From NCBI GenBank assembly GCA_964016885.1, contig OZ024751.1, positions 24,986,001-25,050,000 of the forward strand: DNA of 64,000 bases, read 5' to 3'. The position numbers were made by a program, and so were the translations under genes. The notes beneath the pieces were generated by a model. That model was given only the letters and a program-made list of their open reading frames with translations, had not been told where the DNA came from and made no database searches. Each line of letters starts with the position of its first letter. Position 1 is the stretch's first letter. Source of the DNA: Eledone cirrhosa. Taxonomy: Eukaryota. Below are positions 1-13,855 of this stretch, in pieces.

Positions 1-104
1 GTCTCATCAGGATCGGATCACTGGTGTAGGCGCCAATGCGTTATACGCAGATACACAGATACACAGACAAACAGAAATTGCCATTTATATAGTAGATATA
101 TATA

Positions 105-156
<52 letters not shown>

Positions 157-160
<4 letters not shown>

Positions 161-350
161 AAAATGTTTAACCCCGACGGCAGAGCTCAAGCCGTTTCGA
201 CGGCTATTCTGGACTGAAATAGAATCCCGAAACGGTTTGAGCTCTGCCGTTGGGGTTAAACATTTTCCTATAACCCACTCTACTACCTCAAGTATTGAGT
301 ACTCTGATGCGTTATGGTCCATCTGGTTACTTACCACACTTCCTTCGTTA
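157..350 (+). mobile_element. Family A fold-back element (3' half of hammerhead, inverted arm, unique tail) in (TA)n
   Basis: Arms ggaaaatgtttaaccccgacggcagagctcaagccgtttcg and cgaaacggtttgagctctgccgttggggttaaacattttcc are inverted repeats, followed by a tail ending ccttcgtta. (TA)n lies on both sides. About 11 copies in the window. Confidence 0.85.
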
Positions 351-443
<93 letters not shown>

Positions 444-648
444 GCTTGCCGGGAACGGAAGAAGAACATGTTTTTGACTGCAGCATATCACATAAACGCT
501 AATTCATCTGAGGAAATCGCTTCCATACCAGCAACAAATGAAAATACTGCATCTTGGATTGCTTAGGCGTCACCATAGAGATGATTATGATGAATAAATG
601 CTTCATGTAACCACACCATCTTTCCTAATGTTATTTTTATATATATAT

Positions 649-843
649 ATTGTCATACTTTGGGAGGGTCATGCTGCCAATAAAAAACGCACGCACTTGT
701 TGTTTTTCACTTCAATTTATTACAAATTTTGCGGTTGGTTGTTTCAGTAACCGCATGTTTGTTTATATATTGTCAAAGCTCTTTCATCACACATTCTGTA
801 ACCTCCTCAGTGACTGATTTATTATTTTGTGTCTCTCTTTTGT
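649..843 (-). mobile_element. Family N Penelope-like pseudo-LTR copy
   Basis: Shares actttgggagggtcatgctgccaataaa and the HHR region with the termini of the RT/GIY-YIG element at 45385-47253. Confidence 0.75.
772..814 (-). ncRNA. Type I hammerhead ribozyme (family N)
   Basis: Reverse complement reads gtca-CTGAGGA-ggttacagaatgtgtgat-GAAA-gagc-TT-tgac. Stem I gtca/tgac, stem II gttaca/tgtgat, minimal stem III. Confidence 0.8.
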
Positions 844-869
844 AATAATATTGTAATTATATTGTGCAA

Positions 870-1030
870 GCTTTCTCTCCGAAAATTGTTGTAGAAATGA
901 AACAGTCTATAGCAACTGCATTCAACATAATAACAAAAGAATATCTTGAAGCTGTATTCGACAATTTTGTGAAGAGACTTGATATGTGCATATCTATGGA
1001 AGGTGGTCGTTTTAAACAGTTTTCGTATCA
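870..1030 (+). pseudogene. Tc1/mariner-type transposase C-terminal fragment
   Basis: PKIVVEMKQSIATAFNIITKEYLEAVFDNFVKRLDMCISMEGGRF matches the typical Tc1/mariner C-terminus (..NF..RL..CI..EG..F). Confidence 0.6.
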
Positions 1031-1099
1031 TGTTATTTTAAAAGATAAAGACAATATATTGCCTGGAAGATTTTTTGTTATGATTATTTTCGATAAAAA

Positions 1100-1290
1100 G
1101 GGCGGTGGATTGGCAGTATCGGTAGAGGGTCGGACGCCATGCTTTGACGCATGGCGTTACGGCCCTTGCCATTCTGAGTTCAAATCCCGCCGAGGTTAAC
1201 TTTGCCTTTCATCCTTACGTGGTCGATAAAATAAAGTACCAGTAATGTACTGGGTAATTGCTGGCCTTGTGCCAAAAGTAGAAACAATTA
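1100..1290 (+). mobile_element. tRNA-derived SINE, family 1 (octopus-like)
   Basis: A-box-like ggcggtggattggcag and B-box-like gagttcaaatcc, central ctttgcctttcatccttacgtggtcgataaaataaagtaccag, tail ggccttgtgccaaaagtagaaacaatta. More than 15 copies in the window. Confidence 0.85.
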
Positions 1291-2519
1291 TTTTCGATAA
1301 AAACTAGGGAGGGACTCTACACTCACACTGTATAGTTAATCTGTTGCCTGATTTGACTTGGTCCTTGAGTGCCTTTTTCAGGTGGCTACCAAAGTGTATT
1401 AAGGGTGCTGTACAGAGGGGAGGTTGCCACTTAATGATGATATGAAGTAACGCTGGCCTATCATACCTATTAATTAAGGTGAGGGGCACCAAATGTGTCT
1501 TTCAGGAAGAAAAATGACAAACGAGAAGAGTAGAACATAAAAGAAGAGGAAGACGAAGAAAAATGAAAAGAAATAAAAAAAAAAGACGGAGAAAAACAGA
1601 TGAAGAAGAACAAAGAAAAGGAAGTAGAAGAGGAAGATAAGAAGAAGTATGTGGAGAAGAAAAAGACTTTAAAGCTCACCATTGTAATGTCAAAGCTGTT
1701 TGTTTCTTTTTGTCTCTCATGATTTGAGCAACAGTTTTCTTCGGAGCATGAGTGTTATTGCTATTAGTGTTGTTTTTGTTGGAATTATTTGTAATTCTGG
1801 CTCTAGATTTCGGTGTCTCTGGTTTGTCATCCTCATCTTCATCATCATCATCATCGTCATCATCATCGTCATCATCGCCTGTGCTAATTTCATCAGAGTA
1901 TTCTGTCTCCAGATCTACAAGATAAGATTAAGAAAAATTAAATATTTTTCTGTGTATAAGAAGCATTATAGCTTTATCTTTCATCCTTACGGAGCCATTA
2001 AAATAAACTACCAGTAACACACTGCGGTCAATTTAATAGACTTTCCCCTCAAATTATTGGTCTTTGCCTAAATCAGAAATCTTGAGTTCAAAACACAAAA
2101 AAATTGATGTAAAAATATGCCTCCGTTATTACGACTAATAATAATGATAATTTCTATTTTAAGAATAAGGCCAATAATTTTGAGGTTGGAGAAAGTCCAT
2201 TAAATGCCAGAAACATTAGTGTCTGCAGTTCTGTTTACATGCCAACACAAGCGCAAAAATTATGGGTTCATTCTATTGACATAGCTTTAAAAATAAGGCT
2301 TGTTTGCATAATTGCAAAGGCTTTCTGAAGCTTTCTGAATGGCTCGCCTAAGTCACCTAAGTGAAATCTTTCTGATTTTTTTTACCCCAACTTTTCAGTC
2401 GTAATTTATCTTTCTATCATTTTTACGATCGAGGAAAACAACATGTACGAATTCTGAAGAAACAAATCAAAACTACCTGAGTTACCGCCCTTTTTTTAAT
2501 GTGGGTAGGAATGTAAATT

Positions 2520-2592
2520 AGCGCCTGCGGTCCGCTTGATGATTAACCATATCTCATGCGGCTCGCTTCTCAAAAAAGGTTGCCCATGCCTG
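2520..2592. mobile_element. hAT (Charlie-like) DNA transposon terminal remnant
   Basis: Ends aaaggttgcccatgcctg (reverse complement CAGGCATGGGCAACC, a hAT-type TIR), followed by 8-mer ttgtagag with central TA. No partner end found. Confidence 0.45.
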
Positions 2593-2689
2593 TTGTAGAG
2601 GCATGTGTAGAGCATTTTTAAACCTGGCGGAGCCCAACCCTCTCCAGGTGTGAACACAACCAATTTGTTTCTATAAAGGAAGAATCGAC

Positions 2690-2840
2690 TCCAATACTAG
2701 ACTGGTACTTTTTTTTATCGACCTCGAAAGGATGAAAGGCAAAGTTGATCACGGCGGAAATTGAACCTAGAGCGCGCAGTTAGTTGGGAAAAATACCATA
2801 AAGCATTCTATCCAACGTCTTAATGACTCTGAAAATTAGC
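2690..2840 (-). mobile_element. SINE family 1, diverged copy
   Basis: actggtactttttttttatcgacctcgaaaggatgaaaggcaaagttga. Confidence 0.7.
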
Positions 2841-4274
2841 CTTATCAATATAAATACAAACACTTAAAATAAATCAGTTTTGCATCGTAGAAGCAAGGGC
2901 TGTTTTGTATGAAAAGTGTTAAAATAGTTATCATCTCTGATAATTAGATATTGATACTTCATTGATATTTAAAAATCTAATTTCTTATACCACCACAAAT
3001 GTATCAGCCCTCTGTAGAGCTTAAAATACCATAATGTAAGTGCCGTAACAACATCATTTGAAATACTCTAACTAGATTCGTTCTAAAGATATCTTAAGTT
3101 AAATCAGCCATTTTAAAACAACATGGCTACTACAGAATTTATTTTATTATTTGTTAAACGTTTTAAATATTCTAGAATCATCTCAGCAGACGAAATTGAT
3201 GGATACATAGTTGCAAAACTGCTATTGAATGATTTCTTGTACCATACAGCTTTCTCTAATAATCCTATCACAGCAGTAGTAATCATTGTAGGAAACATTC
3301 TGCGACAACAGAATCATATATTTACTTTTAGCTTCGTTCTTTTTCCGGTCTGCTGGTGTCCTGTTTCGATTTCATGATTAATGGCGAGCAATTTGATTTC
3401 CTTACTTCGTTAATGCAAGTAGATAAACAAACTTTAGGTTTGGCGATTTGGCAATGCATTTTTAAGTGGTCACTAATTTGTTAAAGTCACTGTGGTCAAG
3501 GACGTTACATTCCGGTCGGCAGCCATCTAATCAATAATCGTTTGCAAGAACAACATACTGTGTAAAGCGTCTATCAGGATTTGACTTAAGACTACATGCT
3601 TGACTATCTATCATGTTGGAAAACAATCAGACTTGTGTGTTTCTACTGCACGGCGTTGTGTCATTTTAGCATAGCCATGGTTTGAAAGTTAGCTTGTGTG
3701 AAAAGTAGGAAGTTGTTGTTTCTAACCGTAGTATCAGTGTTTTAAATATTAATCCTAGGTCTCAATTAATCTTAGATCTATTTTGTATTTGCTAGTCCCG
3801 GAAGAAATTGCTATGCCTATAGTTATCATAGGCCCTCCAAGACTGGAAAACCTCATGAGATATAACGGATCTCTGAGTCTATAGAAGAATAGGTTGATCT
3901 AATTTTCATTGTAATGTAGACCTTAGCTAGGAAGTGTTTATAACTAATGACCATAAACAGTCCAAGCCAATTTGACAACCCTGTAAATCCATGCGCTGTG
4001 TGAGTTGTGCTAGTGAATTGAAAGTGTATTGCATCATAATATATTTATTTCAACCAAAACACACGGAACTGTCTTTTCACTTCTTTGCTTAAGAGTGTTT
4101 AACTTGAATCATCGGATAATTTTCTCCTCCTCATTGCAATCATATTTACGTGAACTGCCCCAATTCCTGCCAAACCTTTCATTGTGCAACGATTCGTTCA
4201 ATGAAAACAAAATACATTTGAAAAAATTGAAATTGTTGGCAATTGAGGAGTTTATAGATTATTTTTTAATAATG

Positions 4275-4480
4275 ATTTCTACATTAGGCAGCACAAGGCC
4301 AGCAATTCGGAGGAGGGGTCTAATAAATCGACCCCTGTACATTACTGGTACTATATTTTATCGATCCTGTAAGGATAAAGGGCAAAGCTAACCTCGGCGG
4401 GATTTGAACTCAGAATGTAAAGAGCCGAGTTCAAATCCCGCCGTGGTTAGCTTTGTCTTTCATCTTTACGAATAATAACT
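4275..4480 (-). mobile_element. SINE family 1 copy with short internal inversion
   Basis: ggcgggatttgaactc at about 4395 and the inverted gagttcaaatcccgcc at about 4427. Confidence 0.7.
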
Positions 4481-5029
4481 ATGTCCACTGGACAATTGTG
4501 GCTTCAGAAACGCAAAACCTTTTGTAAGAATAAAAGTAATAATCAAAGAATCTCTATAAAGGTCAGTGGTTCCCGATCTTTCGTACATCATGCCCCACGT
4601 CAACATTTAAAAAATTCTCATGCCCTCCTCCCCATTGTTATTAAAATGCCCCTTTTGGAATGCAAACAGCGACGATAAACTGCAAAGTGCAAACAAATTG
4701 GCGTATAGTTGGTGCCAGATGCGCAATAACATGTCTGGAAGAGGAGGTGAGGCAGGAGTTCCTGACAGTAATGTGTTCCAAAGTTATTTTGGTGTAAAAG
4801 TAATAAGATAAAATCTGAAGTTGTTCTCATTAACATTATTTTCAAATCCCCTCCTGCCCCTTAAATATTCAAATTGCCTCCCATTTTGGGTAGGTGTTCT
4901 TTAATGAAAGACTTAGCAGATAAAACTGACATCACAAATCTTACAATATTTTAAAGCGGGCCTTTGGATAACGTTTTTAATGTATATTTTAAACTTCAAT
5001 AATTCATCAATTTGTGTTTTGATAATAAT

Positions 5030-5625
5030 TATTTCTATGATTGGCACAAAGCCAGCAATTTGGGGGAAGGGAAAGTCGATTATGTCGACCCCAGCGCATT
5101 ACTGGTACTTTATTTTAACGATTCCGTAAGTATGAAATGTAAAGTTGATCTCTGCGAGATTTTAATTAAATGCCGTAAAGCATTTTCTTCGAAGCTCTAC
5201 CAATTCTGCCAAAACACCGCCCTAAATATGATACTAATGGTTTCTGATTTAGGCACAAGGCCAGCAATTTGTGGGGAGGGGAAACAGATTATATCGATCC
5301 CTGTACTTACTGGTATTTTATTTTATCAACCCAGTAAGGATTAAAGGCAAAGCTAACTTCGATGGGATTTGAACTCAGAACGTAAAGGGCTGTAACTTTC
5401 TGCCACGCAGCAGGTGTCCGACACTCTACAGATTCTGCCAATCATGGTTTCTGATTCAGGCACAAGGTCAACACTTTTGGGGTAAAGTGAAAGTCGATTA
5501 AATCGACCGCAGCACATTACTGGTACTTTATATTATTGACCTTAGACGAATGAAAGGACCGTAGCGGGGTTTAAACTCAGAAGGCAAACGGCCGTAATTA
5601 AATACCATAAAGTAGTATGTCGATA
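5030..5625 (-). mobile_element. Tandem trimer of SINE family 1
   Basis: Three successive ggcacaa(a/g)g...actggta(c/t)ttt blocks at about 5043, 5252 and 5459. Confidence 0.7.
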
Positions 5626-5679
5626 TATGTCCTCAAATACCGCCCGCACCCTGTATGTTGTTTGATACCCTAACGATTC

Positions 5680-5935
5680 TGCCACCGCCCCACCGCTCCA
5701 CCATCCCAACCCCTCCACCCCCTCTACTGCGTAACCACCCTACCGTCCCACCGCTCCACTAGCCCTAACACTCCACTACCACACCGAACGACTTCCCCAT
5801 TAGTCCACTGCCCCACCGTCCCACTATTCCACAATCCCACCACTTTACCCGCCCCAACGCCCCGCCATCCCGTCACCCTACTGCTCCACCGATCCACCGT
5901 CCCACCGTCCCACCGTCCCACCGTCCCACCGCCCT
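5680..5935. repeat. Degenerate (CCACCGTC)n-like short tandem repeat
   Basis: Repeated ccaccgtc units, clearest at 5895-5930. Confidence 0.65.
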
Positions 5936-6248
5936 AAATAATGATAATATTAACGGATTTAGACAACAACAACAACAACAAAAGAAACGTCCCTCTCTCT
6001 AATAACGTTTGGAAGGGAATATTTACCTAGTGTGTGTTAGAGAGAACTTGAAATAGAGGTAAATCTCTTATTTACATTTGACAGTAAGAAGCCGACAGAA
6101 AACACAGCATGATATATTTATGATTACCCCCTACAATCTATTGTTTCTAGTTAGAGCGATAATCTTTCTAGTTTCTAGGTTGAAATCAATGTTTTATTAC
6201 TCGTTGATAAATATCAATTCTATTTCACTCCTTCACACCCTGTCTGTC

Positions 6249-6340
<92 letters not shown>

Positions 6341-6350
6341 ATATAGATGG

Positions 6351-6399
6351 GATTCTACAGGACTAGAACTGTTTCATTCTTTAGAAATCATCAGGAATC
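6351..6399 (-). ncRNA. Type I hammerhead ribozyme (family B, solo fragment)
   Basis: Reverse complement gattc-CTGATGA-tttctaaagaat-GAAA-cag-ttctagtc-ctg-TA-gaatc. Confidence 0.85.
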
Positions 6400-6463
6400 T
6401 CTGTATATATATATTTATATATATTGACATATATATATATATTAATATATATATATATAATAT

Positions 6464-6531
<68 letters not shown>

Positions 6532-6534
<3 letters not shown>

Positions 6535-6730
6535 CGAAAGAAGTGTGGTAAGGAACCAGATGGACCATAATGCACCAGAGTACTCAATACTTAGGGTAGT
6601 AGAGTGGGTAATAGGAAAATGTTTAACCCCCGACGGCAGAGCTCAAGCCCTTTCGACGGCTATTTCTGCACTCCAGAAATAGCCGTCGAAATGGCTTGAG
6701 CTCTGCCGTCGGGGTTAAACATTTTCCTAT
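6532..6730 (-). mobile_element. Family A fold-back element
   Basis: Palindrome centred on ctatttctgcactccagaaatag with the tail to the left; (TA)n flanks. Confidence 0.85.
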
Positions 6731-6759
6731 ATATATATATATATTGATATATATATCAA

Positions 6760-7227
6760 CGAACTCCAACCAAAATTAAACAGAAAATATGAGTGGAATA
6801 GCAACATCACAACTAGTAATTAAGGACTAAATGAAGACATACAGACACACACAAAAACAAACTAACAAAACAAATCAGAGACACACAGATAGAACAAATA
6901 ACCAACTGGTGACAAGTAAATAAATACATGAATAAATAAATAAACACACACACACACCCGGATGTAACTAATGAGCAAACTATGCACACAACACACAACA
7001 CAAAAACAAGATGGTGTATGATATAACAAAGGAGAGACACAAAATAAAAACCTAGTCACTGAGTTGATCACAGGATGTGTGACGAAAGAGCTTTGCCAAT
7101 ATATAATCAACCTTCCGGTTATCGAACCAACCATCCGACCAACCGGAAATTTATAATAAATTGAAGTGAAAACCAACAGGTGCGTGTGTTTTTATTACCA
7201 CCATGGCCCTCCCAAAGTATAACAATA
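6760..7227 (+). mobile_element. Penelope-like 3' UTR and pseudo-LTR (family N) with degenerate HHR at 7055-7097
   Basis: Similar to 47060-47253 and to the reverse complement of 18240-18300; gtca-ctgagtt..-GAAA-gagc-TT-tgcc. Confidence 0.7.
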
Positions 7228-7877
7228 TATATATATAATTGAATAAACAAGAGAGATGAACACTAATATAAACATACATGTGTTCGAATCGTAAAGATTA
7301 GGTTAGCTAGGGTGAAAAAAATAATAACTACAACAATATGGTTTGTCAGACTTAATTTTAAGTAGTAAATTAAGAAAAATAACAGACCTATATCGGGCAA
7401 CCGCCTGGTAACAACAAGACAGTTTTGAAAACTGTTTCGCAACATCTTATTAAGTGAAGTCAACACGTTTCTCTGCTCCTCAGTAGCTGTTGGGAAATTA
7501 GTGATCCTTTCACTTCTAAAAATATTAGAAGACTGAATTATGTGCGATATGAATAGCGCACGTGTCTCCGGAACCCAGCTTGTCTCGAAATCTCATGCCG
7601 CTAAAAATAGCAGCCTAGTTAACGAGACATTAAAATTAGCTCTACATGATGGAGCCGACAAATATATAGCGAGTTAGAAACTCAGAGTAGTCGCTTACAA
7701 TTAAATAGCTCTAAGCAAAAAGCTTTTCCGAGCCGTATATATATATATATATATAAATATATATATATATCGTTTTGTTTTTGGCCCCGCCGAAATACGA
7801 TATCGTTGAAATTATATTTGTATGAAACAGTTCTAGTCCTGTAGAAACTATTTCTATATTAAATATTTATATATATA

Positions 7878-8030
7878 CAATTGTTTCTACTTTTGGCACA
7901 AGGCCAGCAATTATCTCAATGTATTACTGGTACTTTATTTTATCGACCCCGTAAGGATGAAAGGCAAAGTTAACTTCGGTGAGATTTGAAGTCAGACCGC
8001 AAAGGGACGTAACACTATCAATCCATCGCC
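7878..8030 (-). mobile_element. SINE family 1
   Basis: aattgtttctacttttggcacaaggccagc...gatgaaaggcaaagttaac. Confidence 0.8.
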
Positions 8031-8042
8031 CTCATTATATAT

Positions 8043-8215
8043 TGGGAGCCCCTACATGGACACACTAGAAGAGGAAGACCAAGGTTAACATATGTTGTTG
8101 CCCTAAGGACAGACACTGGTCTGTTGGAGATGCAGGATATGGCAGCGATAATGAGGGACAGAGACCGCTGGTGAGAACTCGTCCATGGATCTCGGGAATT
8201 TTACCCGCCTTAGAT
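8043..8215 (+). pseudogene. RTE-type LINE ORF2 C-terminus and 3' end in (TAGA)n
   Basis: Translates WEPLHGHTRRGRPRLTYVVALRTDTGLLEMQDMAAIMRDRDRW, containing the RTE C-terminal RGRP and DR..W motifs, then tagatagata. Confidence 0.7.
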
Positions 8216-8904
8216 AGATAGATAGATATATATATATGTGTGTGTGTGTGTGTGTATACATATATATATATGTATATATAAATCTATATATACATACGTA
8301 CACATATATATACATATGTACACACACACATATACACTCATCCCTCCCCCATATATATATATATAAATATCTCTCTTTATATATATGTATATGCACAAGT
8401 GAATTGATAATTTCAGTTTTATGCCAAATCCGCATATTAGGTCACAGCTGGAACTGATAATGTTGTGTTAAGGACCTTTGTAGTGTATATATGACATGAG
8501 AGTATTGACATTAAAAACAGACGACCGCTCCATATATTATATATTATATATTATTAATAAAAACATTAACAGAAATATATCGTATCATTTTTGAAAAATT
8601 TGTTTTTATATAAGGAAGGTTTTTTTTTGTTTTTTTTTGTATTTTACTTCGGTAACATTATTAAAAGTGACACAAAAGGAAAAACAAAATGGAGAGAGGA
8701 TAAACTTTGCATACGCGGCTGGACATCATGAGATAGCTCTACCCCGTGAACATGAAGGCGGAAAGTGTTGCTGTGAAGAACACCCAGTGCTATTCGTTAT
8801 TTTTGAAAAATGAACACACATTCGCAGCGTGTTAGTTTCGGTTTGAATATTGGGGCGTCAAAATCACTGGATATCGATCTAAACACTTATTCTTATACCC
8901 ACCA

Positions 8905-8947
<43 letters not shown>

Positions 8948-9007
8948 TCAAGGCTCTGATACCATCAACACTATAAACACAGAGCTGGCATATCTAAGAA
9001 CTGACTA

Positions 9008-9063
9008 ACTGCCTGATGAGGTCATAGCCATTCAATGGCTATCATCGAAATATATATAGCAGT
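9008..9063 (+). ncRNA. Type I hammerhead ribozyme (family J, element about 8944-9112)
   Basis: actgc-CTGATGA-ggtcatagccattcaatggctatcatc-GAAA-tatata-TA-gcagt. Near-identical copy at 51161. Confidence 0.85.
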
Positions 9064-9975
9064 AAATAAAGGATTATGAGTTCATGCAATTGACTTATGT
9101 TTCGTCACTATATATATATATATATATATATAAATATATATAGTAATACAGAGACACACACAGACAGATAGAGACACAGAAACCAGCACGCACATAGAGA
9201 CACAGAGAGACACACAGTCTTTCTCTCTCTCTCTCATACACACGAGGGCGACGTCTTTTGGCAAGTCTGGTGAGATGATGGGGGGTAATGAGGGTGTCTG
9301 GGGCGTGGGTGCTGGTTGTTTGTGTTCGAATCCCACAGAGGTCGATTTTGCCGTTTATATCTCCAAGATCGATAACTAAGTTCACAAGTACGAGGAAAGA
9401 AACCCAGGATCGATCGATTCAATCCAGCAGAAATTCATTGGTGCCCTCACTTAAAACAATCGATATTCATACATATCAATATCACACGCACCCCCCCCCA
9501 CACACACACAGATACACGCCCATATGTACGTATACATATACACACACTCATACATACATTCACACACTTACACCCATTCACCCACTCTCACAAACGCGCA
9601 CAAACATATATCTATAATTTTTCTGACATAAACATGAAAGTTTAGAAAAGTAATGTGATGGTGTAGTAGGGGAGTGATGGTTCTGTGGAGGTTGTGTGGT
9701 AGCATGGTAGTGGTGGAATGTGATGTTGCGGCGATGTTGTGGTGTGGTGACAATATGTAAAGACTTCATGAGTTTCCCAGACAGAAGCATTACGTAAGTT
9801 AGGAAAGCTGTCCTAGATGAAAATCGAAATTATAAGAAGATGGATCAATTATGAGCACACACACAATATCAGGGAGACTGTAGCTCCAATTTTACAGTTA
9901 AAATCTTACGCTGTGTTAGATTGGGAGAAAGCAAAACATACTTAAATTTCATTCTTTCTACACGCTTTGCATACG

Positions 9976-10041
<66 letters not shown>

Positions 10042-10062
10042 AGAACAAAATATATATATATA

Positions 10063-10169
10063 TAGGAACGAGTAGGGTCCTACTCGTTCCTATTACCCAC
10101 TCTACTACCCTAAGTATTGAGTACTTTGGTGCGTTATGGTACACCTGGTTCCTTACCATATTTCCTTCG

Positions 10170-10172
<3 letters not shown>
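10063..10172 (+). mobile_element. Family A short fold-back copy
   Basis: taggaacgagtagg/cctactcgttccta hairpin plus the family A tail. Confidence 0.8.
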
Positions 10173-10209
<37 letters not shown>

Positions 10210-10312
10210 ATATATAAAACGTATGCAAAGCGTGTAGAAAGAATGAAATTTAAGTAGTTTTGCTTTCTCCCAATCTAACACAACGTAAGATTTAAACTGT
10301 AAAAGTGAGAGT

Positions 10313-11130
<818 letters not shown>

Positions 11131-11211
11131 TTTCGTTTTTGAATTTGTTTAGCAAGATTCTTTATCTGAAATCGTGTGTTTCTTATTGGCAACATGACCC
11201 TCCCAAAGTAT

Positions 11212-11346
<135 letters not shown>

Positions 11347-11889
11347 CACACACACTAGTAGTTTTATTTTAGTATAGAAGATGTATACTATTTTGTATAT
11401 TCAATAGTTGCATCAAGATAGGAATAAATTTACGAAATTTTAATATTTATGTAAAGTTTACCTGTTACTTAGATAATATGTGTAAACATGTTTCATTTCA
11501 AAGGAAAAGATAACTCTAATATTTCTTAGTTTAAAGAGTTAAGTTATATTTATCGTTTAGTCTAGAATTTACTTTCAAATAATATTCCAATTATAATATA
11601 TGGAAAAATGATTTTAGAGTATCATATATTACATATTTTCTAAGATGAAATTTTTGTATGTATTTTGATAACATTACTCATACCTATGCATAAATTTGAT
11701 GATATTAAGTATTTGTATGTATGGATTACAATGCCTATAGAGTCTATTAGAAATAAGTTCAACAATCATCCAAAATATATTCAAAAATATCATTAAAAAC
11801 ATCACAAAAAAACCCCTCAACAAAGCACGGCGAGGACATAAAATGTAAACAGGTGAGATATAGAGGTTATAAATAATATCTTCTATAAA

Positions 11890-12240
11890 TTATAGATAAT
11901 TCTAAAAGTCTTGGAGTGTCGGTGCAAACAAGAATTAAATAATTCTTTCTTTTTGTTCATAGCGTTTTTTTTATTGGTAATTATGTGAAAGATTTCTTCA
12001 ATACATAAATTACAAATTCTTGAGAGAACCATATTCTGGTTTGCGGGCGCTTTCGAAATCGTTCTCCAAAAGATTGAATAGTCAATATCATTGTCCTTTA
12101 GGTACTAAATTAAATTTGAAAGTGATGTTGAGAATGTTTTGTACGATCTATTAAATGTGTGTTTGTGATTATACCAACGTTCCTTAAATTTTGTAGAAGT
12201 CGCTCCTATATAGTTAAATAATTTATCTCTAGTTTTTACG
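11890..12240 (-). pseudogene. GIY-YIG endonuclease fragment of a second Penelope-like family
   Basis: NYIGATSTKFKERWYNHKHTF, then beyond an in-frame stop WRTI...CNLCIEE...NKKEELFNSCLH: YIG motif and Cys/His residues of the PLE endonuclease. Confidence 0.7.
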
Positions 12241-12404
12241 GATGTGTGTGTGTGTATGTGCTCCTGCAACTCCTGATGGAATCGTAGGAGTGCCATCGGG
12301 ACATTCGGTGTTTCTTGACCATTTTAAATCAGGCGAGGCGCATCCCTTTGTCGGAACACAACCGATTTCTTCCAGAGATTAGGAGAGAAAGAGATATAGA
12401 GGAA

Positions 12405-12560
12405 AAATCGAGCACAGTACTGGACTGGTACAATTTTTCATCGACCTCGATAAGATAAAAGTTTAAGTTGACCGCGATGGGATTTGAACTCGGGGCGAAG
12501 AGAGCCAGAGCGAAACCACAAAGCATTTTATCCAACCTTTTAACGGCTCTACATTTTCAC
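12405..12560 (-). mobile_element. SINE family 1, diverged
   Basis: actggtacaatttttcatcgacctcg...gggatttgaactc. Confidence 0.6.
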
Positions 12561-12631
12561 TACTCTCTTTCTCTCCCGGTGTTCCTCTTTCTCTCATACC
12601 CCTCTCTTCCTCTCTCCTCCTCTCTCTCTCT

Positions 12632-12701
<70 letters not shown>

Positions 12702-13624
12702 GTGTGTATATATGTATATATGTATATGTATATATATATATATAAACACATATGTGTGTGTGTCTGTCTGTTTGTGTGCATATAAGTTTGTTTGTTTATA
12801 TGTATGCGTGTATGTATGTATGTATGTATGTATGTATGTATGTGTGTATGTGTATGTGTGTATGTATGCGTTTGTGCATATGTTTGAGAAACTGATGTGA
12901 GGCCTACAGCAAAAAATACGGCAAAAGTCCACAAATATCCCTGATACCACCATCCTTACCCTTTAATCCACTTCCTGTCTTACTACCCACCCCCATTATC
13001 GTCACCACCAGCATATTGGTCATTGGCATCATCGTCATCATTATCAGCACCATACTTTTAATCTAGTTAAGTTCTTCTATGAGTGACCGCGTCTATCAAC
13101 GCCCTCTAACAGCCCTTCATACAATCAAGTTGTTTTGTCTAAACAATTGTTGTTGTATTTGTTGTTGTAGTTGTTTTAGCTGTTGTAGTTGTTTTTGTTG
13201 TAGTTGTCATCATTCTTTAAAGGTTATCAGCGTCACACAATAAACAATTTACTGAATTAAAATGTCAGCTAGATTTCCTCAACCAATTTAATTAGTTCTA
13301 CCTGATATACACAGGTGTAGACATGCTACATTTGCTGCAAGTCACATTTTAATAATTGACCTGTTGGAGCTGATTCTAATAACAGACTTCGTTGACTGTA
13401 CAATGAAATACAATGAAATACAGCAATTACACCATGGAAGAAATATTTCAGACATTACCCCCCCCGCCCCCCCAAACACACACATACACAGACACAAACA
13501 CACACATACATACACATATACACACACGCGCACACATACATACATCCACACACACACACACACAGACATACACATAAACACGCACGCACACAAACACACA
13601 CTCAAACATACACATACACACACG

Positions 13625-13855
13625 CGAATGTTCCAGTTGAACCGATCAACGGAACAGCCTGCTCGTGAAATTAACGTGCAAGTAACTGGGTATTCCACAG
13701 ACACGTGTACCCCCACTCAACGTAGTTCTCAGGGTGATTGAATGTGACACTGAATGTAACAAGTCTTGCCCTTCCAATTATAGGTACAACTCATTTTTGC
13801 CAGCTGAGTGGACTGGGGTAGCGTGAAATAAAGTCGCCCAGAATCGAACTCATGT
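13625..13855 (-). mobile_element. SINE family 2 fragment
   Basis: aactcatttttgccagctgagtggactgg core and aatcgaactc; diverged + strand copy at about 41835-42090. Confidence 0.6.

Noticed and set aside
1-14. CTGATGAG on the minus strand at the window edge; similar isolated cores at about 20505, 30138 and 53235
   Set aside because: Truncated by the window or lacking a convincing GAAA and stem I/III arrangement, so not called as ribozymes.
157-350. Fold-back units read as MITEs or miRNA precursors
   Set aside because: Asymmetric tail, variable centres, hammerhead motifs and linkage to a PLE fit retroelement termini better than TIR transposons or miRNA hairpins.
4564-4920. hAT-like start CAGTGGTTCCC
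   Set aside because: No matching opposite TIR or TSD identified.
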